64,000 nt of DNA. Origin: Anaerolineaceae bacterium (GTDB lineage: Bacteria; Chloroflexota; Anaerolineae; Anaerolineales; Villigracilaceae). Below are positions 29,560-39,076 of the stretch, one piece after another (position 1 is the first letter of the stretch; each line of letters starts with the position of its first letter). Location: assembly GCA_003598975.1 (NCBI GenBank), contig QZIJ01000131.1, positions 23,360 through 87,359 of the forward strand. The letters run 5' to 3'. A program made the position numbers and the translations under genes. Below the pieces are notes generated by a model. That model was not told the DNA's origin. It made no database searches and saw nothing but the letters and a program-made list of their open reading frames with translations.

Positions 29560-29964
29560 TTATGCAGGATTCATCAACTGCTCGAAGTTCGTTCCTCTCA
29601 GACGCTTGACCAGTTCCTCCTGCGCGTCGCACCAGACCGGGCGGAGGGGGCAATCGTGGTCGAAGTTGCAGGTACTATTCTCACCGACGCACTCGTTCAG
29701 TTGAATCGGCCCGTCAATGGCTTCGATCACCTCGAGCAGGGTGATTTCCTTCGGTTCGCGGGCCAAGGTCACGCCGCCGCGAGCGCCGCGCGAGGTGTGG
29801 AGCAGTCCCGCAATGGACAGTTGTGAGATGATCTTGGCGAGGAAGGAGGGCGGGATGTTCTGTTCCTTGGCCACCGTGCTGGTGGCGGCTCGCTGGCTGT
29901 TTCCCATGCGGGAGAGATATAAAACTGCACGGACGGCATAGTCGGCTTGGCGGGTGATCTGCAT
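29560..29964 (-). CDS. Rrf2 family transcriptional regulator (three Cys, probably Fe-S)
   Basis: DYAVRA, FLAKI, RGARGG, ITLLEVIEAIDG, C-x6-C-x5-C. Confidence 0.92.
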   Translation of the reverse strand: MQITRQADYAVRAVLYLSRMGNSQRAATSTVAKEQNIPPSFLAKIISQLSIAGLLHTSRGARGGVTLAREPKEITLLEVIEAIDGPIQLNECVGENSTCNFDHDCPLRPVWCDAQEELVKRLRGTNFEQLMNPA

Positions 29965-30088
29965 GGTTCGTTCCTCTCTGGCAATCCAGATAATAATTAT
30001 CTGCTTTTGTACATTTTATTGTGAAACCCGTACCTGTGCAAGTGATGGAGGTCACAGACTAAATATGACCTTTTACTCCGATATAAAC

Positions 30089-30123
30089 AAAGTGACAGTC
30101 ACTTCGAAAGTGACTGTCACTTT
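30089..30123. repeat. Perfect double palindrome (may act as a terminator)
   Basis: AAAGTGACAGTCACTT-CGA-AAGTGACTGTCACTTT; each arm is itself palindromic. Confidence 0.6.
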
Positions 30124-30141
30124 GCACACAGCGAAAGGCGC

Positions 30142-30993
30142 CTATCGAGTCAGCGTCAGGTTGCCAGCGCCAATGTTAATGAGGATGGTCAGGGTGGGGC
30201 CTTCGCCTTCCTGGGTGTAGACCTCGCCGCTCTGCGACCAGCCCGGGCCGGAACTCACGTTGGCCGCGCCGCTGTCCACGGTGACCACCGCGTGGACGCC
30301 CTCGGGGATGACGAGGATCATGTTGCAGAGTCCCACCTCAATGGTGGCGGTAGCGGAGCGCTGCAGTTCACCGGAGAAATCGAGGGTGTAGTCGCCCGCC
30401 CCGCCCGAAAAGTTGAGCGTGCCGAAGTTGGCGTTCGCCAGCCCGATCAATTTGACGGTGGATGCGCCCGTCTCGTAGCGTAGGATCGACATCTCCGCCT
30501 TGTTCGGCGAGGCAAACGACAGGTTCACGGTGGCCGCGCCGTCCTTGACCGTCAGGCCGGTCAGCGCGAGGCCGCCGAACTCGAAGTCGCCGGTGTACGC
30601 GCCCGATTCGATGGTCAGGTCCATCGGCGTGGAGCCCAGTTTGAAGTCCCAGCGGTTCGTCAGGTCGCCGAAGTTCGGGAAGGTGTTGAACTTCCCTTCG
30701 CCAGCCTGGATGCTGACGCTGTCGCCGTCGGTCTTGATGACGGGTTTGATCTTGCTGTAGTTGTACGTCGCCTCGCCCTCGACGAGTGAGTCGGTCGCAC
30801 CTGCGGACAGGTTCATCTCGCCCGCGCCGAAGGACAACGTCAGCCGCGCCTTTCCAGACGACGGGACGAGCACGTTGACCTCGTCCGTCACCTCGGGTTC
30901 GGGGGTGGCGCGCTCGGGCAGTTGAAATCCAAATCCACAAGCCGTGGTGATGAGAAAAACGGCCAATAGAATGGGGATGATTTTCTTATTCAT
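30142..30993 (-). CDS. Toast-rack (DUF2154/LiaG-like) lipoprotein
   Basis: Lipobox TTAC; repeated GAGxxxL beta motifs. Confidence 0.8.
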   Translation of the reverse strand: MNKKIIPILLAVFLITTACGFGFQLPERATPEPEVTDEVNVLVPSSGKARLTLSFGAGEMNLSAGATDSLVEGEATYNYSKIKPVIKTDGDSVSIQAGEGKFNTFPNFGDLTNRWDFKLGSTPMDLTIESGAYTGDFEFGGLALTGLTVKDGAATVNLSFASPNKAEMSILRYETGASTVKLIGLANANFGTLNFSGGAGDYTLDFSGELQRSATATIEVGLCNMILVIPEGVHAVVTVDSGAANVSSGPGWSQSGEVYTQEGEGPTLTILINIGAGNLTLTR

Positions 30994-31056
30994 GGGAAAC
31001 TCCTCAGAAAGTTGATTCTGAGGAGTTATACGGGAATAAATACAACAAGTTGCACT

Positions 31057-32466
31057 TTACGTTTTACGTTTTACGTTTTCATCCACCTTCAACGCCGCCT
31101 TCAACGCCTGCTCCACCGAGCGAACCTCTACCACTTCGATCCCCTTCGGATACGTCTCGCCCTTGCGAATCGCCTTCGGGACGATGGCCGTCTTGAATCC
31201 GAGTTTCTGCGCCTCGCGCAAGCGCGGCACCATCTGCCCGGGCATGCGTAACTCACCTGCCAAACCGATCTCGCCGATCAACACCGCGTCCGCGCGGACG
31301 GGCACATCCCGCCACGAAGACGCAATCGCCGCGGCTATGGCCAAATCCGCGGCTGGCTCCTCGATCTGGATTCCGCCAACCACGTTGACGAAAATATCCT
31401 GCTCGCCGAGTTTGAGTCCCACGCGGCGCGTCAACACCGCGGTGATGAGCAGGACGCGGTTGAAGTCCACGCCGTTGGGAGTGCGCCGCGCGTTGCCGAA
31501 TTGCGTCGGCGAAGTCAGTCCCTGAATTTCAACGAGAATCGGACGCGTGCCTTCCATCGTCACCGCGATGGCCGAGCCTGCGGCGTTGATCATCCGTTCC
31601 GCGAGGAAGGCCTCCGATGGATTCGTCACCTCGATCAGCCCGCCCTCGCGCATCTCGAATACGCCCACCTCCGAGGTCGCGCCGAAGCGGTTCTTCACCG
31701 ACCGCAGCAGACGATACGCCTGGAAACGGTCGCCTTCGAGATACAGCACCGTGTCCACGATATGCTCCAGCACGCGCGGTCCCGCGATGTTGCCTTCCTT
31801 CGTCACGTGGCCGATGATAAACACCGTGATGCCCGAAGACTTCGCCAACTCGCGCAACTGCGAGGCACACTCGCGCACCTGCGAAACCGATCCCGCGCTT
31901 GAATCTAACTCGGACAGATACGTTGTCTGGATCGAGTCGACGATTAACAAATCGGGCTTGACCTCGCGCACATGATTCAGAATGATTTCGAGATTCGTCT
32001 CGGTGACGAGGAACAGCGGTTCGGGCATGGACCCCTGGCCGTTTCCTGCCAACCGAGCGGCGCGCATCTTGATCTGTCTCTCCGACTCCTCGCCCGACGC
32101 GTACAGCACCCGTTGCGTCTTCCCCATCTCCATTGCCATCTGCAACATCAGCGTGGACTTGCCGATGCCCGGGTCGCCGCCCACGAGGATGATCGAGCCA
32201 GGGACGATGCCCCCGCCCAGCACGCGCGCGAACTCCGCGATGGGCAGATGGATGCGGTCCTCCGCGTCCCCGCTGACCTCCGCGATGGGCCGCGGCTGCG
32301 AACGTCCTGTCAACCCGCGGACGGCGTTTTTCTTCGCCACAGGCTCCTCGTGGACAACTTCCTCCACCATCGAGTTGAAATTGCCGCACTGCGGGCATTT
32401 GCCCATGTAGGTCGCGGAGACGCGTCCACATTGCTGACAGACGAAACGGGTTTGGGTTTTAGCCAT
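31057..32466 (-). CDS. radA: DNA repair protein RadA/Sms
   Basis: C4 zinc finger, GDPGIGKST, KNRFG, GEIGLAGE. Confidence 0.97.
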   Translation of the reverse strand: MAKTQTRFVCQQCGRVSATYMGKCPQCGNFNSMVEEVVHEEPVAKKNAVRGLTGRSQPRPIAEVSGDAEDRIHLPIAEFARVLGGGIVPGSIILVGGDPGIGKSTLMLQMAMEMGKTQRVLYASGEESERQIKMRAARLAGNGQGSMPEPLFLVTETNLEIILNHVREVKPDLLIVDSIQTTYLSELDSSAGSVSQVRECASQLRELAKSSGITVFIIGHVTKEGNIAGPRVLEHIVDTVLYLEGDRFQAYRLLRSVKNRFGATSEVGVFEMREGGLIEVTNPSEAFLAERMINAAGSAIAVTMEGTRPILVEIQGLTSPTQFGNARRTPNGVDFNRVLLITAVLTRRVGLKLGEQDIFVNVVGGIQIEEPAADLAIAAAIASSWRDVPVRADAVLIGEIGLAGELRMPGQMVPRLREAQKLGFKTAIVPKAIRKGETYPKGIEVVEVRSVEQALKAALKVDENVKRKT

Positions 32467-32808
32467 TTATGCCTTTCCTCGGTGTTCCTCGCACGGACAC
32501 AACGCGCGCAAATAATTCCAGTTGTAAATACCGTAATCGTGTCCATCCTCCCAGACGATGGCGATGGCGTACGAGCCGACGGCGTTGACGTTCACCAGCC
32601 GCGTCTCGGCAGACTCGGGCAGATCCGCTTGAAAGACGGACGCATCAGGCTCGGACTTCATGTTTTCGTGCCCGCCGCGGCAGGACGCGCACGGACAGGC
32701 CGCGCGCAACAGCCCGAAGGGGTATACGCTGACGTGTCCGTCGGACCAGGTGATGGTCAATTCGCGTTTGGTTTTGTTGGCGGTGAGACTGGTTGGTTTT
32801 TCGTTCAT
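32467..32808 (-). CDS. DUF971 / GBBH-like N-terminal domain protein
   Basis: W.DGH...LRAACPCASC...VGSYA...W.DGH..GIY. Confidence 0.88.
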   Translation of the reverse strand: MNEKPTSLTANKTKRELTITWSDGHVSVYPFGLLRAACPCASCRGGHENMKSEPDASVFQADLPESAETRLVNVNAVGSYAIAIVWEDGHDYGIYNWNYLRALCPCEEHRGKA

Positions 32809-32821
32809 GGTTCCTCGGAGA

Positions 32822-32877
32822 GGGTGCGTCGCACCTTACCATGAGGATTTCTCCTCACTGTCAGGTGCGACGCACTC
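32822..32877. repeat. GTGCGTCGCACCT/AGGTGCGACGCAC inverted doublet
   Basis: 13-bp self-palindromic inverted arms around a TGAGGA/TCCTCA hairpin. Confidence 0.65.
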
Positions 32878-32884
32878 GCGTGAT

Positions 32885-33370
32885 TCACTGCGGCGGCGGG
32901 ACAACCGCCAGAAAATTCGCGGCGGCCCACCCCGCGCGGGACTCGTCATATGGTGCGACGATGTACCACCAGATGTATCCGTTGGCTTCCTGCGGCCCGT
33001 CGCGGACTTGGAAAACCTCCGCGTCCTCGCCAAGGAAAAGTTGTTCACTCGTCAACCCGGGCGCGGAACGCAGGCGCAGGCCGTCGCCGCCAGTGCCGTT
33101 GATCTGAACATAGCCGCCGATCACGATCACGTCTGCGGGGAGGGTGGGCGTGCTAGCCAGCGGGTCGAGAGTTGGCGCGGGCGTGGCGAGGGGCGTGGAC
33201 GTTGAGGCGGGGATCAAGGTCAAATAGGCGGGGGCCAGCCCGGGGTTCGATGGAGGCGGGGATGCGCGGAATCCGAACCAGGCCAGCGCGATCACGCTCA
33301 GCAGGCAGGCGAGTCCCGTCGAGGAGAAGATGACGGTCGGGGTGAGGAGGCGGCGGAGGCTGAGGTTCAT
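32885..33370 (-). CDS. Membrane-anchored SH3b-like domain protein
   Basis: N-terminal TM, PT linker, GLRLRSAPG...DGP...W...GWAA. Confidence 0.75.
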   Translation of the reverse strand: MNLSLRRLLTPTVIFSSTGLACLLSVIALAWFGFRASPPPSNPGLAPAYLTLIPASTSTPLATPAPTLDPLASTPTLPADVIVIGGYVQINGTGGDGLRLRSAPGLTSEQLFLGEDAEVFQVRDGPQEANGYIWWYIVAPYDESRAGWAAANFLAVVPPPQ

Positions 33371-33380
33371 GGTAACCACC

Positions 33381-33521
33381 CGTCATTGCGAGCGATGGTC
33401 GAGTAGCGTTTTTTGCGTATCGAGACCGAGCGAAGCAATCCCCACGTTTGAGGCGATTGCTTCGCCGCCTCGGTCTCGATATGCCTTCGGCCTACTCGAC
33501 CAGCGGCGTTTCGCAATGACG
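33381..33521. repeat. GTCATTGCGAG...CGCAATGAC palindrome with a GGTCGAGTAG unit nested in each arm
   Basis: Nested units at 33397-33427 and 33472-33501. Confidence 0.8.
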
Positions 33522-33535
33522 AACGAGTGCAAGAA

Positions 33536-34474
33536 TTATATCTTGGAAAGCAGGTGCAACGCGTTGGGCGGGACGAGCAGGCGCAGGGCGCGCGGCTGGA
33601 TGGTGATGAGGGCGTCGCGGGTTTCGGGACGCGGCTCGCCGTCGGTCTGGACGAGGAACGGGGACTCGGCGGTGACGCGCAGGGTGCGAAAAGGGATGCG
33701 GCGCGCGTGTTCTGAACTGAGATGGTGGCCGCGCCAAAGTTCGTAGGCGCGCATCAGGGCGTCGGCGAGGCTGTTGCCAGAGAGCAGCCAGAGGTCGAAT
33801 TCGCCATCGTCCATGTGAGCGTCGGGAGAGAGGACGGCGTGTCCGCCCATGTAACGGCGGATGTTATTGGCGACCGCGACCATGAAGTGACCTTCCACTT
33901 CATGGTTATCGGCCCACAGCCGCAGGTTGACGCCGCTCCAGACGGTCGCGTTGCGGACGGTGGTGACGAAGTATTCAGGGAAGGCGAAGAATTTTTCCAC
34001 GCGGATACGCGGCTCGAGCGCGTGGATGGTCATGGCGTCGAGACCCATGCCCGCCCAGAGGAGGAAGGGTTGACCGTTGCAGATGCCCACGTCCACCGCG
34101 CGGATGGGCGCGTCGGCGAGCGTGCGCGCATTTTGTTTGAGCGCCCACCAGCGCGTCCAGAAAAAGACGGGCAGGCCAAGTTCGAGCGCGAGGACGTTGG
34201 CTGTGCCGCTGGGCAGGATGCCGAGCGCGGTCTCCGTGCCGACCAGTCCTGCTGCGGCCTGGCCGATGGTCCCATCGCCGCCTGAAGCGAAGACCGCATC
34301 GTAGTTTTCGAGCGCGGCCTGTTTGGCTGATTCGGTGGCGTGCGCGCCATTTTTGGTGGCGATGATCTCCGTTGTCCAGCCTGAATCGGCGAGGGTCTTC
34401 GTCACAGAACGCAGAAATGGTTTGACGGGGAACCGACCCGCAACGGGGTTGTAGAGGAGGATGGCGCGTCGCAT
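33536..34474 (-). CDS. Diacylglycerol/sphingosine kinase family lipid kinase (YegS-like)
   Basis: NPVAG, GGDGT, PSGTAN, QTDGE. Confidence 0.9.
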   Translation of the reverse strand: MRRAILLYNPVAGRFPVKPFLRSVTKTLADSGWTTEIIATKNGAHATESAKQAALENYDAVFASGGDGTIGQAAAGLVGTETALGILPSGTANVLALELGLPVFFWTRWWALKQNARTLADAPIRAVDVGICNGQPFLLWAGMGLDAMTIHALEPRIRVEKFFAFPEYFVTTVRNATVWSGVNLRLWADNHEVEGHFMVAVANNIRRYMGGHAVLSPDAHMDDGEFDLWLLSGNSLADALMRAYELWRGHHLSSEHARRIPFRTLRVTAESPFLVQTDGEPRPETRDALITIQPRALRLLVPPNALHLLSKI

Positions 34475-34636
34475 GGGATGATTATAACTGGGTGGGGAGT
34501 ATTGCGTGTTGTGTAACTTTCGTATACGTATTTCGCAGATTTTTTAAATTTTCCTGTGCAAATCCGTCAACTCCGTGTAATCCGTGTACAAATGAAATCG
34601 GAGCACGGCGAAAACGGGGGTGATATAATTCCCTCA

Positions 34637-35704
34637 ATGAACGAAGGCGACCTGCTCAATCAGCGTTATCAACTGCTCGAAAGCCTCGGCTCTGGGGGCA
34701 TGGCCGAAGTCTATCGCGCCCGCGACCTGATGCTGGAGCGTTCGGTTGCCATCAAAGTTTTGCGCGCTGATTATTCGAGTGACAAGGAATTTCAGGAACG
34801 CTTCCGCCAGGAGGCGCGCGCCGCCGCCAACCTTTCGCATCCCAATATCGTCACTGTCCACGATTTCGGTTTCGATCAGGGACAACTTTTTATCGTCATG
34901 GAACACGTCCCCGGCACGGATTTGAAATCCCTGCTTCGCAAACGCGGACGCTTCACTGTCGAGGAAGCCATCCCCATCATGGTGCAGGCCTGCGCGGGCA
35001 TCGGTTACGCCCACCGCGCGGGACTCGTTCACTGCGACGTGAAGCCGCACAACCTGCTCATCACGCCCGACCTGCGCCTCAAAGTGACCGATTTCGGCAT
35101 CGCCCGCGCCCTTTCCACCATCCGCCCGGGTGACCGCGACGATGTGGTTTGGGGCTCGCCGCAATACTTCGCACCCGAACAGGCCAAAGGTCAGGCGCCC
35201 TCGCCCGCCTCGGACGTCTACTCCCTCGGCATCGTCCTGTACGAAATGCTGACAGGTACGCTTCCCTTCCACGCCACCACCGCCGACGAACTGGCGCGTA
35301 TGCACATCCACGCCCAGCCGCATCCGCTCAGCGAATACCTGCCCGATGTGCCGATTTTGCTCGAGCAGATCGAGGCGAAGGTTCTGTCGAAGGAACCTTC
35401 CGCGCGTTACCGTACTGCCGACCAACTTGGACGCGTCCTTCAACGCTTTGGGACCGTACGCGAGCCAATCATCCCTCCGCAACTCGCGTTGACGCCCGAA
35501 GCGGTCAACAACTTCGAGGAAACCCCGCCTCCCCCTGTCTACGTCCCTCTCCCGGACCCTGTGCCGGTCGCGGCTTACGAGGAGTCGCCGTCTCTGCAGT
35601 TGGACATTGACTGGGGCACGCTTGTACTGGGTCTGCTCGCGCTGATCGCCATTGGCGGACTGATTCCCCTCTGGATCGCGGCCTACTTCGCGTGGAATCC
35701 ATGA
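34637..35704 (+). CDS. Hanks-type Ser/Thr protein kinase with a single C-terminal TM (no PASTA)
   Basis: GSGGMAEV, AIK, HCDVKPHN, DFG, APE, SDVYS. Confidence 0.93.
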   Translation: MNEGDLLNQRYQLLESLGSGGMAEVYRARDLMLERSVAIKVLRADYSSDKEFQERFRQEARAAANLSHPNIVTVHDFGFDQGQLFIVMEHVPGTDLKSLLRKRGRFTVEEAIPIMVQACAGIGYAHRAGLVHCDVKPHNLLITPDLRLKVTDFGIARALSTIRPGDRDDVVWGSPQYFAPEQAKGQAPSPASDVYSLGIVLYEMLTGTLPFHATTADELARMHIHAQPHPLSEYLPDVPILLEQIEAKVLSKEPSARYRTADQLGRVLQRFGTVREPIIPPQLALTPEAVNNFEETPPPPVYVPLPDPVPVAAYEESPSLQLDIDWGTLVLGLLALIAIGGLIPLWIAAYFAWNP

Positions 35705-36372
35705 TCAATTTTCTCATCGCCCCCTCGATCCTCTCTGCCGATTTCACCCGCCTCGGTGCGGACCTTGCCGCCTGCGAATCTGCCGGCGCGGACTGGATCC
35801 ACGTGGATGTGATGGACGGTCATTTCGTCCCCAATCTGACGATGGGTCCGTTCGTTGTGGGGGCCTGCCGCCGCGCCACGAAACTTCCGCTGGACGTTCA
35901 CCTAATGATCGAAGAACCTGAACGTCACATTGAGGCGTTTGCCAAAGCGGGCGCGACGAATATCACTGTGCATGTGGAAACCTGTCCGCATTTGCATCGG
36001 ACGATCCAGCAGATTCACGCGCTGGGATGCAAAGCCGGCGTGACGTTAAATCCGTCCACACCCGCGTCGGCAATTGAGCCTGTTCTCGCTCTTGCCGATC
36101 TTGTTTTGGTGCTAACTGTGAACCCAGGCTTTTCGGGACAGAAATTCCTCCCCGAAGTATTGCCGAAAATTCGTCAGTTACGCGGCATGTTGGACTCGGT
36201 CAACCCGTCCGCACGGCTGGAGGTGGATGGCGGCCTTTCGTCCGCGACCCTGCCCGAGGTCCAGAAGAGAGGCGCTGATGTTTTCGTCTCGGGCAGTTTT
36301 GTCTTCGGTCATCCGCAGGGGATCGAAGCGGGCGTCCGCGAGTTACGCGAGTGCGTCGCACCAAATGGTTAG
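35701..36372 (+). CDS. rpe: Ribulose-phosphate 3-epimerase
   Basis: APSILSAD, HVDVMDGHFVPN, DVHLM, VNPGF, VDGG. Confidence 0.95.
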   Translation: MINFLIAPSILSADFTRLGADLAACESAGADWIHVDVMDGHFVPNLTMGPFVVGACRRATKLPLDVHLMIEEPERHIEAFAKAGATNITVHVETCPHLHRTIQQIHALGCKAGVTLNPSTPASAIEPVLALADLVLVLTVNPGFSGQKFLPEVLPKIRQLRGMLDSVNPSARLEVDGGLSSATLPEVQKRGADVFVSGSFVFGHPQGIEAGVRELRECVAPNG

Positions 36373-36450
36373 GATTGTCTCATCGAAGCAGGTGCGACGG
36401 TTAAACAAAAACCACGGCCGAAGCCGTGATTCTTGAAGGTGAGACAATCG

Positions 36451-36630
36451 CTAGGCCGATTTGGCCGCAGTGCGGATGCACTTGGTGCAGAGCACTTTTT
36501 GAACCTTGCGGCCGTTTTCGATGAGCGTCACCTTTTGCAGGTTCGGGAGGAACTTGCGGTTGGTGGCGCGCATGGAGAACGAGCGATTATGGCCGAAAGT
36601 GGTGGTCTTGCCGCAGTGAGCGCATTTCAT
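36451..36630 (-). CDS. rpmB: 50S ribosomal protein L28 (59 aa; below the ORF-track cutoff)
   Basis: MKCAHCGKTTTFGHNRSFSMRATNRKFLPNLQ...VLCTKCIRT; AAAGGA RBS. Confidence 0.93.
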   Translation of the reverse strand: MKCAHCGKTTTFGHNRSFSMRATNRKFLPNLQKVTLIENGRKVQKVLCTKCIRTAAKSA

Positions 36631-36755
36631 GGGTTTCGTTCCTTTCCAGTTTCACAATAACGCCTGCGCAGTCCTTTCGCGCAAGCGCCGCATTGTACCA
36701 CAAATCGCAACCATCTTCAACACAATCTGTTAATTAAGGCAGTAAAGGAAAGACT

Positions 36756-37112
36756 ATGGGCAAAGAGAATACCACCTACGGAAGCATTCACATCTCGCCG
36801 AATGCCATTGCTTCGATCGCCTACCGCGCCACGCTTGAATCCTATGGGGTGGTGGGACTGGCGCCGCGCAACCTGGCGGAGGGCCTGGCGCACAGCATCA
36901 CCCATGAACCGACACGCGGTGTCTCCGTCCATTTTGACGGCGAACTCATTGACATTGACATCCACGTCATCATCGAATACGGGACGCGCATCACCTCGGT
37001 GGCGAACAGCGTCGCCAACACGGTCCGCTTTCACGTGGAGAAGGCACTTGGGCTGAAGGTCAACGAGATCAACGTCCACGTGGCGGGACTGCGCGTCAGC
37101 GATATTGACTAA
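36756..37112 (+). CDS. Asp23/Gls24 family protein (YloU-like)
   Basis: ESYGVVGLA, IEYG, INVHV; lies between rpmB and DAK2. Confidence 0.9.
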   Translation: MGKENTTYGSIHISPNAIASIAYRATLESYGVVGLAPRNLAEGLAHSITHEPTRGVSVHFDGELIDIDIHVIIEYGTRITSVANSVANTVRFHVEKALGLKVNEINVHVAGLRVSDID

Positions 37113-37115
37113 TAC

Positions 37116-37176
37116 AGACCCTAAAGGTCTATCGAAAAATCAGTTTCCCTTTTGGGCAAAGAGACCTTTAGGGTCT
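37116..37176. repeat. AGACCCTAAAGGTCT inverted doublet
   Basis: AGACCCTAAAGGTCT ... AGACCTTTAGGGTCT, exact 15-bp inverted repeat. Confidence 0.7.
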
Positions 37177-37193
37177 TTACTTGAGGAGCATTC

Positions 37194-38876
37194 ATGAGTT
37201 TAGGTTCATCCGACATCCAGGCCAAACACCTGCGCGACCTGCGTAATAATCCCATTGACGGGTTGGTGCTGAAGGAACTCGTCATGGCGGGGTTGACGTG
37301 GCTTCGCACCAACCAGCAGACGGTCAACGCGCTGAACGTTTTTCCCGTCCCAGACGGCGACACAGGCACAAATATGACGCTGACGATGCAATCGGCCTGG
37401 AACGAGATCGCGGAATTGGGGACGCGCAGTGTGGGCGAGATGGCCGCGGCGGTGGCCAAGGGCGCGTTGATGGGAGCACGCGGCAACTCGGGTGTGATTC
37501 TCTCGCAGTTGTGGCGCGGATTCTCGCGCGGCCTGCACGGCGCGGATATTCTGGATGGCCCGACACTCGTGAAGGGATTTGTGGAGGCGCGCGATACGGC
37601 CTACAAGGGTGTCGTCCGTCCCGTAGAGGGGACGATTCTCACCGTCTCGAAGGATATCGCGATCGCGGCCGAGTTCGCGCTGACCGAGACGCAGGATCCG
37701 ATCGAGATTTTGGAGCGCGTCATTCCCGCCGCGGATGTGTCGGTGCAGAACACGCCCGAACTGCTTCCCGTTCTCAAACAGGCGGGAGTGGTGGACTCAG
37801 GCGGCAAGGGACTGTTCTTCATCTTCGAGGGAATGCTCCGCTATTTCAACGGCGAGCCGCTCGACGTACCGACCGTGAGCGTCCAGCCGATGTCGGCGAT
37901 GAATCTTCAAGAGGCGATGGAGTCGGTCGAGGAGGGGCAGGATTACGAAGTGGTCGTGGATTTCTTCCCCGACGGCACGCTCGACCTGCAAAGTTTTTAT
38001 GGAAAACTCGAAACGATGGGCACGTCCATTCAGGTGGGCGAGGGCGAGGGCATGTACCGCATGCACATCCACGTGCCGCTCGACAAACGCTACGAGCCGA
38101 TTGATTACATCATGGGCATCGGCACCATCACCAAAGTGGCGATGGAAAACCTGCTCGCCCAGATGGACGACATTCAAAAAGCGAAGAACGAAAAACTTGA
38201 ATTCCAGTCCGTGGAGCCGGGGCAGATCGCCGTGGTGGTCGTCTCACCGGGGCGCGGGCTGAGCCGCATCTTCGCGTCGCTCGGAGTGACCGCGGTCGTG
38301 GAGGGCGGGCAGACAATGAACCCGTCCACGCAGGAGATTCTAGCGGCGTTCGAAAACCTGCCGACCGACAAGGTCATCATCCTGCCGAATAACAAAAATA
38401 TCATCCTCGCCGCCAACCAGGCCAAAGAGGTGACGGTGAAACAGGTCGCGGTCGTGCCGAGCAAAACCATTCCGCAGGGACTCTCTGCCATGCTCGCTCA
38501 CAACCCGGACGGGGAGGTGGACGCGGTCGCCGAGAAGATGTCCAAGTCCCTCGCCTCCGTGCGGACGGGCGAGATCACCGTCGCCACGCGCACCGTGGAG
38601 ATAGACGGCGTGAACGTGGAGGCGGGGCAGGTCATCGCCTTACTGGATGGCAAACTCGTCCTTTCTTCATCCACGATTCAAAATGCCGTGATGGGCTTTC
38701 TCGAGAAAGCCGAAGCCGAAAAGCACGAACTCATCACCTTCTACTATGGCGAAGACTTGAACCGTAACGAGGCCAACCGCATCGCGGATGTGGTACGCGA
38801 GAAATATTCCACGCAGGAGATCGAAGTGCAGGATGGCGGCCAACCGCATTATCCGTTCTTGATTTCCGTGGAGTAG
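37194..38876 (+). CDS. DAK2 domain fatty acid kinase subunit A (FakA/YloV)
   Basis: NVFPVPDGDTG, GARGNSG, GGQTMNPS, ILPNNKNI, GGQPHY. Confidence 0.92.
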   Translation: MSLGSSDIQAKHLRDLRNNPIDGLVLKELVMAGLTWLRTNQQTVNALNVFPVPDGDTGTNMTLTMQSAWNEIAELGTRSVGEMAAAVAKGALMGARGNSGVILSQLWRGFSRGLHGADILDGPTLVKGFVEARDTAYKGVVRPVEGTILTVSKDIAIAAEFALTETQDPIEILERVIPAADVSVQNTPELLPVLKQAGVVDSGGKGLFFIFEGMLRYFNGEPLDVPTVSVQPMSAMNLQEAMESVEEGQDYEVVVDFFPDGTLDLQSFYGKLETMGTSIQVGEGEGMYRMHIHVPLDKRYEPIDYIMGIGTITKVAMENLLAQMDDIQKAKNEKLEFQSVEPGQIAVVVVSPGRGLSRIFASLGVTAVVEGGQTMNPSTQEILAAFENLPTDKVIILPNNKNIILAANQAKEVTVKQVAVVPSKTIPQGLSAMLAHNPDGEVDAVAEKMSKSLASVRTGEITVATRTVEIDGVNVEAGQVIALLDGKLVLSSSTIQNAVMGFLEKAEAEKHELITFYYGEDLNRNEANRIADVVREKYSTQEIEVQDGGQPHYPFLISVE

Positions 38877-38893
38877 TATCTTTTTCTAAACTC

Positions 38894-38926
38894 AACCTCT
38901 CCCAGTTAGGGAGAGGTTTTTTATTT
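38894..38926 (+). terminator. Intrinsic terminator
   Basis: AACCTCTCCC-AGTTA-GGGAGAGGTT followed by TTTTATTT. Confidence 0.75.
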
Positions 38927-39076
38927 GGAACGCGTGTCGAAAAGTCGAAAATTCCTGCTTGTAATTTATATGGGTATTCTGTACAATGATTTTGCGCGGG
39001 GAGATAAGGCCAAACCTTGTACGGCGGAGCATTATTCTCAACATCGCGCAATTCTCCGCCACAATTTGGAGGAGAA

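Noticed and set aside
30062-30086. Possible Rrf2 autoregulatory site
   Set aside because: Dyad symmetry is too weak to support a call.
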